A program made the translations under genes and the position numbers. This document shows, one piece after another, positions 46,101-56,930 of a stretch of DNA of 64,000 nt (position 1 is the first letter of the stretch; every line of letters begins with the position of its first letter). The stretch is from an uncultured Planctomycetota bacterium (GTDB taxonomy: Bacteria > Planctomycetota > Planctomycetia > Gemmatales > Gemmataceae): assembly GCA_963849325.1 (NCBI GenBank), contig CAWKHF010000010.1, positions 160,001 through 224,000 of the forward strand, written 5' to 3'. The notes beneath the pieces are model-generated. The model was not told the origin of the DNA, ran no database searches, and was given only the letters and a program-made list of their open reading frames with translations.

Positions 46101-46864
46101 ATCAGGCGCTGCGAGACATTCGGCCCTATCAGTTTCTGTTCAATCCCACCGGCACCCTCGACAACCACGGCCTGGGCCTGGTTTCCTCGCCATACTTCAA
46201 CACACCGCAGACGTTTGCCATCCGCCGATTGTTGTTCGATCGCATCGACACGTTGAGTACCATCGAGCAGCTACAACTCGACCTCCGCCAGCGCTGGCAG
46301 ACGAAGCGCGGCTTTCCTGGTTATCAGCACATCGTGGATTGGATGGTCCTGGACACGTCGGCCAGTTACTTTCCGGCCCCCAACCGCGACAACTTCGGCC
46401 ACAATTGGGCCTTCTTGCAGTACGATTTCTTGTGGAACATCGGCGATCGGACGGCGTTCAACAGCACGGGTTGGACCGATCCATTCCCCGGCGGCGTGAG
46501 AGTGTGGACGGTGGGCGGCTACTTCAATCGTCCGGATCGCACCAATTTTTACCTGGGTTTCCGCTACATCGATCCGCTGCAGGTGCGGGCCGTCACCGGA
46601 TCGGTGACTTACGTTTTTAGTCCCAAGTACGCGGCGACGGCCAGCAGCACTTACGACTTCGGTACCAGCGAAGCCCTCGCCAACTCCGTGATGTTCACGC
46701 GCATGGGATCGGACATCCAGGTCAGCCTCGGCTTCACCTACAACGCGCTGCAGAACAACTTCGGCGTCCTGTTCAACATCGTCCCGAACCTGCTGCCGAG
46801 CAACAAGGCCCTGGGCCCCATCGGGGCGCAGGGCGGCGGCTCCCAGACGGGAGTTCTCCAGTAA
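43154..46864 (+). CDS. LptD/OstA-like outer-membrane protein (frameshifts near 43240 and 44160)
   Basis: Signal peptide; IILDADEI and EADRIVIW jellyroll-like strands; VPFFWLP, DYLSYRGPG; long aromatic amphipathic beta-rich C-terminus. Confidence 0.65.
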   Translation: MVRYSFRWLAGPLTLMAVAGGVALHALFAQDAPGHASRQRRRPEPDTPLVGPTRTGPGVRHTASRRHRPGLGRRSRQERLPPPPRSARRLQTDHPRRRRNCLVDGKERFDGVLRVPDARPGPRAAIDRAGTLSARRRLGGREPLPGHGQTADGIVRRGRRAHRRRLGDRGRRDAARLSAGHPRHNDARRISAARPPRSPGQANAGRRSGRPSRPGGGAGTALSAGAEGGPASGRADVATHFPRGTSAHPAALCGSGAEAAGNAAAGTETSAGPSRSSTESAGRRRADVPAGGLAAEFDGSTRPHRTYLRLRTSGRPLSGHNAGHERPEAPDFVGAAPPTAPSGPAPVLPTAQPGAGPQPPQPESPANGAPRAPDGSVPPSGPSQVPPGTPPVPPPSKPTPPPPSKPILPARNFMVAPRQGGSFNLKREPGPNGEAIFIITGGVFLQVRNAPNIGMIDMEADRIVIWTKGSEGDQLAANIQQPSGHTSNDLEVYLSGHVLVRQAPIVNPKKEQRTISANEVYYDVNRNVAVALDARLELKQPLLNDPIIATAREIRQTSVNTFEIYRSLVFSSKLPSDPGFTSSMRDGVIEDVTVPMKNLFGNPVLDRKTGQPVMLRETLLTGNNTFFELEQVPFFWLPHVSTTLQEPLGPVQNFNFGYNHIFGVQLGVSLNAYELLGLQPQPGTRWLFNLDYLSYRGPGFGSNFNYSGLDAFGIPSRYAGMTRLFGMSDRNYDNLGGARPVNDFNPTNFRGWALNRNSVDDMPYGFSFLSQISVLSDRNFLEQYYKRIFDLDPNPSENFAFLNQQVSNVAWSALLQPRLPRWVTTTQDLPRLDGWIIGQNFLDILTYTSHLNAEYASLKTSTDPLPQVSVTDSPDNTFRGSWMQEAELPFYLGPLKLSPYGRSELTSYSNDLYGNSIGRAWGAVGTCASIPFTHLYSGVQSELWNVNGLNHKMVFSTNYVYAYTNTPYTELPQLDRLNDDATNQALRDIRPYQFLFNPTGTLDNHGLGLVSSPYFNTPQTFAIRRLLFDRIDTLSTIEQLQLDLRQRWQTKRGFPGYQHIVDWMVLDTSASYFPAPNRDNFGHNWAFLQYDFLWNIGDRTAFNSTGWTDPFPGGVRVWTVGGYFNRPDRTNFYLGFRYIDPLQVRAVTGSVTYVFSPKYAATASSTYDFGTSEALANSVMFTRMGSDIQVSLGFTYNALQNNFGVLFNIVPNLLPSNKALGPIGAQGGGSQTGVLQ

Positions 46865-46898
46865 TGCGGAATGCGGCATGCAAAGTGGGGTATTCCCG

Positions 46899-47342
46899 AT
46901 GATTGTGCAGTCACCACCACGGCTGGCCGGAACCGACGATGCGCCGGCCCGCTTGCGCTCGCGTCGCCCCTGGCGCGACAAGCTCCGCACCGCCTTCCGC
47001 GGCATCAAGCTGGGCGTGCGCGGCCATTCCAGCTTCTTCGTCCATTTCTTCTTCACCGCCCTGGTGCTGGCCGCCGCCATCGTGCTGCACTGCGACCTCG
47101 TGCAGTGGTGCCTGCTGCTGGGTTGTATCGGGGCCGTGCTGACCGCCGAGCTGTTCAACAGTGCCATCGAAACGCTGTTCCGCGGACTCGACGACGAGAG
47201 CAAGGCTCGCGCCTGGCCGTGCCTCGACATCGCTGCCGGGGCCGTGCTGCTGGCCAGCATCACCGCCACGGTCATCGGCAGCCTGATCTTCCTCTCGCGC
47301 CTGATCGACACGTGCGGCTCGCTCCTGCAGAGTAGACAGTAA
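46899..47342 (+). CDS. dgkA: Diacylglycerol/undecaprenol kinase
   Basis: AFRGI, AELFNSAIE, DIAAGAVL. Confidence 0.85.
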   Translation: MIVQSPPRLAGTDDAPARLRSRRPWRDKLRTAFRGIKLGVRGHSSFFVHFFFTALVLAAAIVLHCDLVQWCLLLGCIGAVLTAELFNSAIETLFRGLDDESKARAWPCLDIAAGAVLLASITATVIGSLIFLSRLIDTCGSLLQSRQ

Positions 47343-47361
47343 CCCGCCGCCTCGTACAAAT

Positions 47362-47428
47362 CGTTTAGCCGCGACGCGCAGCGGAGCGCGGGACCGTCCC
47401 GCCGCTTCGCCGCGCGTCACGTCGAAAC
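47362..47428. repeat. REPIN-like palindrome, family A copy 4 (right arm decayed)
   Basis: Left arm CGTTTAGCCGCGACGCGCAGCGGAGCGCGG intact; right arm degenerate. Confidence 0.8.
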
Positions 47429-47446
47429 TCCTCGTGAGGTGCAATC

Positions 47447-48846
47447 ATGGGCGCTGACGCATCCGTCCTCAACTGGTTGACCAGCCATCACAGCGAGCTG
47501 GTACGCGACCTGGCCCAGCTGGTCGCCGTGCCGAGCATCAGCACCGACGGCGAGCATCAGAAGGAAATCGAACAGACGGCCGAGCTGACCTGCGAGCAGA
47601 TGCGCCGGGCCGGCCTGCAAAACGTGTCCGTCCTGCGGACGAGCGGCTCCAACCCCTACGCCTACGGCGAATGGCTCGGCGCGCCCGGCAAGCCGACGGT
47701 CTTCCTCTACGCCCATCACGACGTGCAGCCGATCAACTACGTCGAGGAGTGGCGTTCGCCGGCCTGGACGCTGACGCCGCGCGACGGCCGGCTGTTCGGC
47801 CGCGGCGCCGCCGACGACAAGGGCGCCATCACCGCCCAGCTCGCCGCCGTCGCCGCCTGGCTGAAGACGCGCGGCGAACTGCCGGTCAACGTCAAGATGC
47901 TCGTCGAGGGCGAGGAGGAGGTCGGCTCGCAGAACCTGCTGGCGTTCTTCCGCGAACACCAGAAACGCCTGCAATCCGACGTCATCGTCGTCTGCGACAC
48001 CGAGAACCTCGACACGGGCTTGCCGAGCATCACCTATTCGCTGCGCGGCATCGTCGCCGTGGTGGTCGAGGTCGAAAGTGCGCGGCTGCCGGTCCACAGC
48101 GGCATGGCCGGCGGCGCGCTGGCCGACGCGGCCCTTGCCCTGAACGTCATTCTGTCGCGCCTGTACTGGGGCAACGGCCGGCTGCCGATTCCGCACTTTT
48201 ACGATAAGGTTCGTCCGCTGACGCCGCGCGAACGACAGGCGCTGGCGGCCCTGCCCGGCGACGAAGCCAAGTTCCGCGAAGACCTCGGCATCCTGCCGGG
48301 CGTGCAGTTCGCCCTCGAAGGCCAAACCGGCGTCTACGAGCAGACCTGGCGCAAGCCCGCGGTCACGGTCATCGCCCAGGAGGCCAGTTCGATCAAGGGC
48401 GCGTCGAACCAGGTGTTGCCACGCGTCCGGCCATCGTCAGTTGCCGCATCGTGCCCGACCAGGACCCGCAGGAAGTCTACGAGCAGCTGAAGGCGGTGCT
48501 GACCGCCGACCCGCCGTGGGGCGTGCGCGTCACGGTCAAGGAGCACGGCAAGCCGGTGAAATGGTGGATGACCGATCCGACCGGCCCGGCCTTCGAGGCG
48601 GCTGTCGATGCCATGCGCCAGGGCTTCGCGCGCGAACCGATCTCGATCGGCTGCGGCGGCACCATCGGCTTCGTCGGCCCGCTGGCCGAACTGTTCGGCG
48701 GCGCCCCGGCCCTGCTGCTGGGCATCGAAGACCCCCGCAGCAACGCCCATGCCCCGAACGAGAGCCTGCACGAGGGCGACTGGAAAAACCTGATGCGCTC
48801 GCTGGCGCACCTGTTCGCCAACCTCGGCCACAAGAAAGAAAACTAG
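47447..48846 (+). CDS. M20 family dipeptidase (frameshift near 48425)
   Basis: YAHHDVQP, GRGAADDKG, EGEEEVGS, VHSG, AHAPNE. Confidence 0.9.
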
Positions 48847-48856
48847 TGGAGGAGCC

Positions 48857-49594
48857 TTACTTCGCGGCCGGTTTCCGAACTCCCCAGACTTTTTCGAGCG
48901 TGTCGTACATCCGCGGATCGATCTTCTTCAACTCCGCCCGGACGAACGGATAAAAATCGTTTGTCCCGAAATAGGCCTCCGTCATCTCCGCGAAATACTC
49001 CTTGGCATTGTTCAGCGCGTAATGACGCGACTTGCTGCCGCGAACATTCAGCACCGACTCATACAGCTTGGCGCTCACGGCGGCGTCGTAACAAGCCTGG
49101 ACCTCGGCATGATCGAAGCCGAGCACCTGATGGTGATAGCCGTGGGCCAACTCGTGCAGGACCATCCACGGTTGCTGAAGTGTCCAGCTGTTGAAGTTGC
49201 GTGCGTTGGCGACCTCGACGGAGCCGGCCTTCTCGGGATTCATGTCGTGCTTGCGGAGCCAGCGCGCGTCCGGATGGTAACACATGCACGGATGATGCCC
49301 CTCCTCCAACTCGACCCAGATGGGAATTTTGCGCAGCTTGCCGAGCGACTCGGTGGGCACGACACGGGTGATCTGAAAGAGTTGATCGCTCAGCACTCGT
49401 AGCGTCTTCTCGCGCAGCGCCCGCTGCTCGTCGGCGAGGAGGCGCTTGTTGACGAGGATTTTCCACCCCTCCAGGCGCCTCGCCTCATACTGGTCGCTCG
49501 AATCATACGCTGGCTTTGGCTCCGCCGAAGCGGCGGTCAGCGCCGCGCAACACCACACCACCGCCCCAAGCAGGACCGTCGCGGCATACTTCAT
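48857..49594 (-). CDS. Secreted zinc metallopeptidase (gluzincin-like)
   Basis: Signal peptide; VLHELAHGYH; YALNNAKEYFAEMTEAYF. Confidence 0.75.
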   Translation of the reverse strand: MKYAATVLLGAVVWCCAALTAASAEPKPAYDSSDQYEARRLEGWKILVNKRLLADEQRALREKTLRVLSDQLFQITRVVPTESLGKLRKIPIWVELEEGHHPCMCYHPDARWLRKHDMNPEKAGSVEVANARNFNSWTLQQPWMVLHELAHGYHHQVLGFDHAEVQACYDAAVSAKLYESVLNVRGSKSRHYALNNAKEYFAEMTEAYFGTNDFYPFVRAELKKIDPRMYDTLEKVWGVRKPAAK

Positions 49595-49619
49595 AAGATG
49601 TTCTCTCCTTCGCGGCTAT

Positions 49620-51092
49620 TCAGGCCATGATTTCCGGGACCAGATGCCCATGTACGTCGGTCAAACGGCGGTCGATGCCGTTGTGACGGACGGTCAGCTT
49701 TTCGTGATCGATGCCCAGCAGGTGCAGGATGGTGGCGTGGATATCGTAGCCGTAGGTCGGCTTCTTCGGGTCGGCCGGCTTGTACGACCATTCGTCGCTG
49801 TCGCCGTGACGTGACGCCGCCCTTGATGCCGCCGCCGGCGAGCCAGTTGGTGAAGACGAACGGATTGTGATCGCGGCCCTTGCTGCCCTGGCTGCACGGC
49901 ATCCGGCCAAACTCCGTCGTCCACAGCACAATCGTGTCGTCGAGCATGCCGCGCTGCTTGAGATCTTTCAACAGCGCCGCCGCGCCGACGGCCAGGCCGC
50001 GGCCCAGCGGCCAGTGATCGCGCTCGATGTCCTCGTGCGAGTCCCAGTTGCGGCGCGGGAAGCCGTTGTCGGCCCCGCTCCACACCTGCACGAAACGCAC
50101 GCCGCGCTCCAGCAGACGCCGCGCCACCAGGCAATTGCGGCCGAAATACTGGATCTCCGCCTTCTCGCTGATGCCCGTTTGCAGCGGGATGTCGAGCGAA
50201 TCCAGCCCGTACATCCGCAGGACGTGCATCGGCTCCTTCGACAGATCGAGCACCTCGGGGCGCTCGAGCTGCATACGGGCGGCCATCTCGTAGGAGCGGA
50301 TGCGGGCGTCGAGCCGGGAATCGCCGGGACGCTCCGCCTCGTGACGGCGATTGAGCTTCGCCAGCGCCGCCTGCATGTCGGCGTCGCTCCGCCGGGTGAC
50401 GTAGCTGTCTTTCGGAGGAAACAGATCGGCGATGGGGTTTCTGGCACTGGGACGGACCATCGTGGCCTGGTGCTCGGCGGGCAGGAACGCCGAACCCCAG
50501 TTTTGCGGGCCGTTGGGCGGAAAGCCGCGCGGGTCGGGCAGCACGACGAAGGCCGGCAGATTGTCGCGTCATGCGGCCGAGTCCGTAGCTGATCCACGCT
50601 CCCATGCTCGGAAAGCCGGGCAGGACGAAGCCGGTCGCCTGCATGAACGTGGCCGGGCCATGAACGTTCGATTTCGCCACCATGTTGTGGACGAAGGCCA
50701 TGTCGTCCACGCAGGCGCCCAGCGGGGCGACGCAATCGTTGATCCACTTGCCGCACTGGCCGTACCGCCGCCACTTCCACGGCGCTCGCATCGTCTGGCC
50801 AGGGACTAGACTGGAACAGCTCGACCTTCTCGCCGGGATCCCACGGTTTGCCGTGGTCGCGGATCAGGCGCGGCTTGTAATCGAACGTGTCGCACTGGCT
50901 GGCGGCACCGGACATGAACAGTTGAATGACGCGCTTGGCTTTCGGGGCGAAGTGCGGAGTGGCGAGCAGTCCGTCGGCATCAAGCAGACTGGCCAGGGCG
51001 ATTCCGCCGAGTCCGCCGCCGAATTGCCACAGAAATTGCCGGCGATCAGTGTAGTGGATGCCGCCGTGAATGCTGGGATCGCGTGCCGTCAT
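49620..51092 (-). CDS. DUF1501 domain protein (frameshifted)
   Basis: [54 protein letters not shown]. Confidence 0.9.
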
Positions 51093-51105
51093 GGGTTCGC
51101 TTCTC

Positions 51106-51160
51106 TTTGCCCCCTCACCCTCAACCCCTCTCCCCCGAGTACAGGGGAGAGGGGAGCAAA
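51106..51160. repeat. REP-like hairpin, family D
   Basis: CCCCTCACCCTCAACCCCTCTCCCCCGAGTACAGGGGAGAGGGG. Confidence 0.7.
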
Positions 51161-51162
51161 CG

Positions 51163-53508
51163 TCAATCGATGAAAGAAAACTCGTTGGTATTCAGGATCA
51201 ACCGGCAAGCGTTCGCCAGGCCGTGCTTGCGGGCGTACTCGATCAACACGCCGTCCTTCATCGTCGGTCGGCCCTCGTCCCAGCGCCAGCCGATACGCCG
51301 CGGTCAGTCGCGCCGGCAAATCGTCGCCCCTCTTTTCAACGCGGGCCGCGAAATGTTCGGCCATGCGCAGCATGAACTTGTCATTGAGCAGGGCCAATGC
51401 CTGCAACGCGGTCAGTGATTCGTTGCGTTTCTCGACGCGCAGCGACGGGTCGGGGCAGTCCAGCGTTTCCATGAACGGATCGGGTACCGAACGCACCAGG
51501 AAGCGGTACACCGAACGCCGATGGCCGGTCGGATCATCGGGATTGTACTCCTCGTACTTGTAGTGCGGCGAATGGTCGTCGAGGAAGCCGAAGGTGCGGA
51601 AGCCGGGTCCGTACATCGTCGGGTCGAGCCGGCCGCCGACGGCCAGCACGGCGTCGCGGATCGATTCGGCGTCCAGCCGCCGGCGGTTCATGCGCCACAG
51701 CAACCGATTGCCGCCATCCAGACGGGCATGGGCGGCGTTGTCCGTCGAGGCTTGCCGGTAGGTGGTGCTGGTGACGAGCAGGCGGTGCAACTGCTTGATC
51801 GACTGGCCGCCGTCGCGGAACTCGACGGCCAGCCAGTCGAGCAATTCGGAGTGCGAAGGTTGGCCGCCCATGCGGCCGAAATCGTTCGGCGTCTCCACGA
51901 GTCCCTGTCCGAAGTGATACAGCCAGATGCGATTGACCAGGCTTCGCCAGGTCAGCGGATTGTGCGTGTCGGTGATCCAGTGGGCCAGGGCGGCGCGGCG
52001 CTCGCCCTCCGGCCGTTCGGCGAGCGGGAAGCGCGACGGCAGACCCGGCAGACAGGCCACCGTGCCGGGACCAACCTCACGCACGGGATTTTTCTCGCTG
52101 CCGCGACGAAGGAGGTAGATCGGCCGCGGCTTACCCTGTGTCGGCGAGAAACTGCCGGCCGGCGCGAACGACGTGGCGGCGGCGTAGACGAGGCCCGGAG
52201 GCGGCAGGGCGGCGAGTTGACGAGCCGCGTCCTTCCTCTCGCGCTCGATGGTTTCGCTGTCCTGCCGTAGCACGGTGCGGCGGCTTGCTCGGCCAATTCG
52301 TTCAGACGTTTCTTGAGGGCGATGCGTTTGCCTGCCGCCTCCGCATCGACCTCGTAGGGGCGATCCGCTCGGTCCACGGCGGCGAACACGGCTTGCAGGC
52401 TGTAGTAATCTTCCTGCGTAATCGGGTCGAACTTGTGGTCGTGGCAGCGGGCGCACTGCGCCGTCAGGCTGGTGAAGGTGTTCAGGACCGTGGCAACCAT
52501 GTCGTCGCGGTCGAGGTTGCGGGTGATCTTCTTATCCAGCGTGCCCTCGCGCAGCTCGACGTGGCCGACGAAATCCCACGGGCCGGCCGCGAGAAAACCC
52601 AGGCCGACGATGCCGTCGCGCGTGTCGGGATACAGTACGTCGCCGGCGATTTGCTCCTCGATGAAGCGCGAATACGGCCGGTCCTCGTTGAAGGCGCGGA
52701 TGACGTAATCGCGGTACGGCCAGGCGTTGGGCCGAACCTTGTCCTTGTCGTAGCCGTGCGTGTCGCCGTAGTGGACGACATCGAGCCAGTGCCGCGCCCA
52801 GCGTTCGCCGTAGTGCGGCGAGGCGAGCAGGCGGTCCACCAGCCGTTCGTAGGCGTTGGGCGAGCGATCGCGCACGAAAGCGTCGATCTCCGCGGGCGCC
52901 GGCGGCAGGCCGAGCAGGTCGAAGTACAGCCGGCGGATGAGCGTGCGGCGATCCGCTTCGGGAGTCGGTCTCATGCCGCGCTCTTCGAGCCGATGCAAGA
53001 TAAAGGTGTCCAGCGGCATCCGTACCCAGCCCGGCATCTGGACCCTCGGCAGCGGTGGCCGGGCGAGCGGCCGCAGCGACCACCAGGTTTCGGCCTTATC
53101 CTTGCGCTCTCGCAGCGTCATGTCCCTGGGCCACGGCGCCCCTTGCCCGATCCACTTCCGCAGGACGGCAACTTGCTCGCGCGAGAGGGGAGCCGCTTTT
53201 TTCGGCATTTTCGGCTTTTCGCCGGAGACCATTTCGAGGAGGAGGCTGTCGTCCGGTTTGCCGACGACGAGGACGGGTCCGCTGTCGCCGCCGGCCGCGA
53301 GGTCCATCGCCGTCGCCAGCGACAGTCCGCCGCGCGACGTGTTCGGGCCGTGACAGCGCAAGCAGTGCTGTTCAAGGATCGGGGCGACCTCGGTGCGGAA
53401 GAACCCATTGTCCGCGGCGCTGGCCGGTTCGACCGGCGCACCGGCCAGCACCAACAGGCCGACAAGGAAGACTCCCCTCCTCCCATGACCAATCCGATGC
53501 GGATTCAT
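51163..53508 (-). CDS. Planctomycete cytochrome c + DUF1549 + DUF1553 protein (frameshifted)
   Basis: [62 protein letters not shown]. Confidence 0.9.
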
Positions 53509-53791
53509 GACGTTTCTCGGAATGTCCCCGCCTTCGTGGCTCGGAGGGATTGTCAACGCCGGGCTGTTCGAGTTATATCCTCCCTTCGCCTGCTTGGCCG
53601 CATGTTCCTTGAGTAGCTTGTCCACCACTTCCTCCCACTCGGGAATGGATCTCTCGCTCTCGGGGAGCGGACACCTATAAAAGAGAAGGGGGCCAGCACG
53701 GCGTGATGGGCTGGCCGGCCGCCGAGAGGTTGGTGGTTTGGCAGTCCGGTCGGGAGCGGCGGTCCACGATCGGTCGTCGGAAAGGACGTTG

Positions 53792-54484
53792 ATGAATCGG
53801 TTGTCGCGACTGGTCCGCTCGTCCGTCGGCGCCAAGTACGTCATGGCGCTGACCGGCCTGGGGCTAATGATCTTCGTGATCGCCCACATGAGCGGAAACC
53901 TTCTCATCTATGGTGGCAAAGACGCTCTCAACTCCTACGCCCACGGTCTGACCGAGCACCCGGTCCTGCTGTGGGCCGCTCGCGGCGGTCTGCTGACGAT
54001 CTTCCTTCTCCACTTGCTGCTGGCCGTCCGGCTGACGCAGGAGGACCAGTCGGCCCGGCCCGTCCATTATGTTCACGAGAACACCATGCAGGCCAGCTGG
54101 GCGTCGCGGCACATGCTGTTTACCGGCCTCGTCGTCCTCGGCTTCGTGATTTACCATCTGCTGCACTTCACCTTCGGCCTCGTTGATCCTTCCCACTTCA
54201 AGGAAGGGATACCCCATGACCCCAAGGAATACGCGGACGTGGCCGGCATGGTTGTCGCCGGCTTTCAGCAGCCGATCATTGCCGTATCGTACCTTATCGC
54301 CCAGCTGTTCCTCGGCCTGCACCTGTGGCACGGCGGCAGCAGTTGGTTGCAGCACCTGGGGCTGAACGGCCACGGCTACGATAGGTTGGTGAACAACCTC
54401 GGCGCCGTGGTGGCCGTCGTCGTCGTCGTCGGCAATTGCTCGATCCCGCTGGTTATCCTGATGGGCTGGAGTCCGGGTTCGTGA
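53792..54484 (+). CDS. sdhC: Succinate dehydrogenase/fumarate reductase cytochrome b558 subunit (orphan here)
   Basis: SSVGAKYVMALTG, AHMSGNL, ASRHM, YHLLHF, LHLWHG; 5 TM helices. Confidence 0.85.
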   Translation: MNRLSRLVRSSVGAKYVMALTGLGLMIFVIAHMSGNLLIYGGKDALNSYAHGLTEHPVLLWAARGGLLTIFLLHLLLAVRLTQEDQSARPVHYVHENTMQASWASRHMLFTGLVVLGFVIYHLLHFTFGLVDPSHFKEGIPHDPKEYADVAGMVVAGFQQPIIAVSYLIAQLFLGLHLWHGGSSWLQHLGLNGHGYDRLVNNLGAVVAVVVVVGNCSIPLVILMGWSPGS

Positions 54485-54661
54485 CTCCAAGTTTCGCCGC
54501 GACGAGAGCATCCGGGTCGTGGCCGCCGACTCGCCAACGGTTCCGTAGCTCCGGTTCGATGCGAATTCGTGCGGGAACGGCCGAATGTTCCTTGCTCATT
54601 GCCCGTCCCCGCGTTACCATCAACTCAGCCCACGAGTTCGAGGAGAAAAGCCCTCCGAGGA

Positions 54662-56904
54662 ATGCGGTCCATGTGCCGTGCCTGCCTCCTGCCCGTGCTG
54701 GCGGGATCGATCCTTTTTTCGTTAGCGATCCCCGCGCGAGCCGAGAAACCCACTCCGCCCGCGGATGCCGCCTCTTTCCAACCGCCCCGCCGCCCGGCCA
54801 TCCCTACGGTCAAGGACGCACGTGGAATCGTCAATCCGATTGACGCCTTTCTTCTCGCTCGCCTGGAAGCGGAAGGTCTGACCTTCGCCGCGCAGGCCGA
54901 CCGGCTGCGCCTGCTCCGCCGCGTCACCTTCGATCTGACCGGGTTGCCGCCCACGGTCGCCGAACAGGATGCGTTCGTGGCTGATCCTTCGCCGGATGCT
55001 TATCGCAAGGTGGTCGATCGCCTGCTGAACTCGTCGCACTATGGCGAACGCTGGGCGCAGCACTGGCTCGACCTCGTGCGCTACGCCGAATCGGACGGCT
55101 TCAAAGCGGACGACCTTCGCCCCACCGCCCACCGTTATCGCGACTACGTCATTCGGGCGCTCAATGCCGATCTGCCCTACGATCGCTTCATCCGCCAGCA
55201 GCTCGCCGGCGACGAGCTGGAGCCGGACAATCCGGAGGCGTTGATCGCCACCGGCTTTCTGCGGCTGTGGCCCGACGAGTACAACGCGGCCAACCTGGAG
55301 CAGCGACGGCAAGAAATCCTCGACGACGTGACCGACGTGACCGGTCAAGTCTTCCTCGGTCTGACCTTCGGCTGCGCCCGTTGTCACGATCATAAGTACG
55401 ATCCGATCCTGCAAAGCGATTACTTCCGTTTGCAGGCGTTCTTCGCGTCGATGCAGCCGCGCGACGATCTGCCGGCGGCGACGGCCGAGGCGCAGCGCAC
55501 GATTACCAGCGCCGGCTCGCCGCCTGGGAGAATGCCAGCCGCGACATTCGGGCCGAGATGGAGACGCTGGTTGCCGACAAGCGACAGGAACAACGCCGGT
55601 TCGCGCTGGAGAAATTTCGTCCCGAGATCCAGCAGGCGGTCTTGATGCCGGACGACAAACGCTCGCCGTATCAACGGCAAATCGCGGCCATCGCCGAAAA
55701 GCAGTTGCGCGCCGCCGAACAGGCGACCCCCGCTCGTCTGCCCGCCGACAAGAAGAAACGATATAAGGAACTGGAACGCAAACTGGCGGACATCCAACCG
55801 GCACGGCCCGAAGCGCTGGCTCCGGCGATGGCCGTCACCGACATCGGCCTGGACGCTCCTCCGACCTATCTGCTGGCCGGCGGCGACTGGCGCAAGCCGC
55901 GCGACCTGCTCCAGCCGGGTTTTCCGCATTTCCTCGATGAATCCGCACCGGACATCCGCTCGCTGCCCGAACGACACAGCACCGGCCGACGCGCCGCCCT
56001 CGCTCGCTGGCTGACGCACCCGGACAATCCCCTGACGGCGCGTGTGCTCGTCAATCGTCTGTGGCAGCATCACTTCGGCGTTGGCATTGTCGGCACGCCC
56101 AGCGATTTCGGCACGATGGGCGATGCCGCGACGCACCCGGAATTGCTCGATTGGCTCGCCGTCGAATTCGTCGAACACGGCTGGAGCCTCAAGCACGTGC
56201 ATCGTCTGATGGTGCTGTCCGCCGCCTACCGCCAGGATTCACGGGTCGATCCGAACAATCCCGTGCATCGCCGTGCCCTGAACATCGATCGCGAGAACCA
56301 CCTGCTCTGGCACGCGCGCCGGCGCCGCCTGGAAGGCGAGGCGTTGCGCGACGCCATGCTGGCCCTGTCCGGCGAATTGAATTCGCGCACGTTCGGCCCC
56401 AGCGCTCGACCGGCCCTCCCTGCCGGCATCAGCAAATACGCCTGGAAACCGGACCCGCGACCGGAAGACCAGAATCGCCGATCGATCTACGTTTTCGCTC
56501 GCCGCAACATGCGTTACCCGTTGTTCGACGCCTTCGACCTGCCCGACATGCACAACAGTTGCGCCCGGAGGTTAACGACTACCACGGCCCCACAAGCGTT
56601 GTTGCTGCTCAACGGCGATTTCAGCCTCGAACGCGGCCGCCGTCTCGCCGCCATACTGCGCGAGCGCTTCGGCGTGGAGGATACAGCCCTGGTGACACAC
56701 GCCTACCGCCTGGCCTGGGGTCGTCGGCCCAGCGCGGAGGAAATACGCCTGGGACTGCGGTTCATCAGCAGGCAGGCGGAGACCCTGCGGACGCGCGATC
56801 CGCTCGCCGGAGCCCAGTCCGACCACTCCACGGCCCGCGCCGACGCCCTCGTGGATTTCTGCCACGCCCTGCTGAACACCAACGAATTTCTGTTCATCGA
56901 TTGA
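54662..56904 (+). CDS. DUF1549/DUF1553 protein (frameshift near 55495)
   Basis: [59 protein letters not shown]. Confidence 0.9.
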
Positions 56905-56930
56905 CCCTCCCTGGACGAAATGCTGGCATC

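Noticed and set aside
53510-53790. N-terminal extension or separate small gene (IPEWEEVVDKLLKEHAAKQ)
   Set aside because: No convincing start or RBS, and the signal peptide of the downstream gene begins after 53508; at most a remnant
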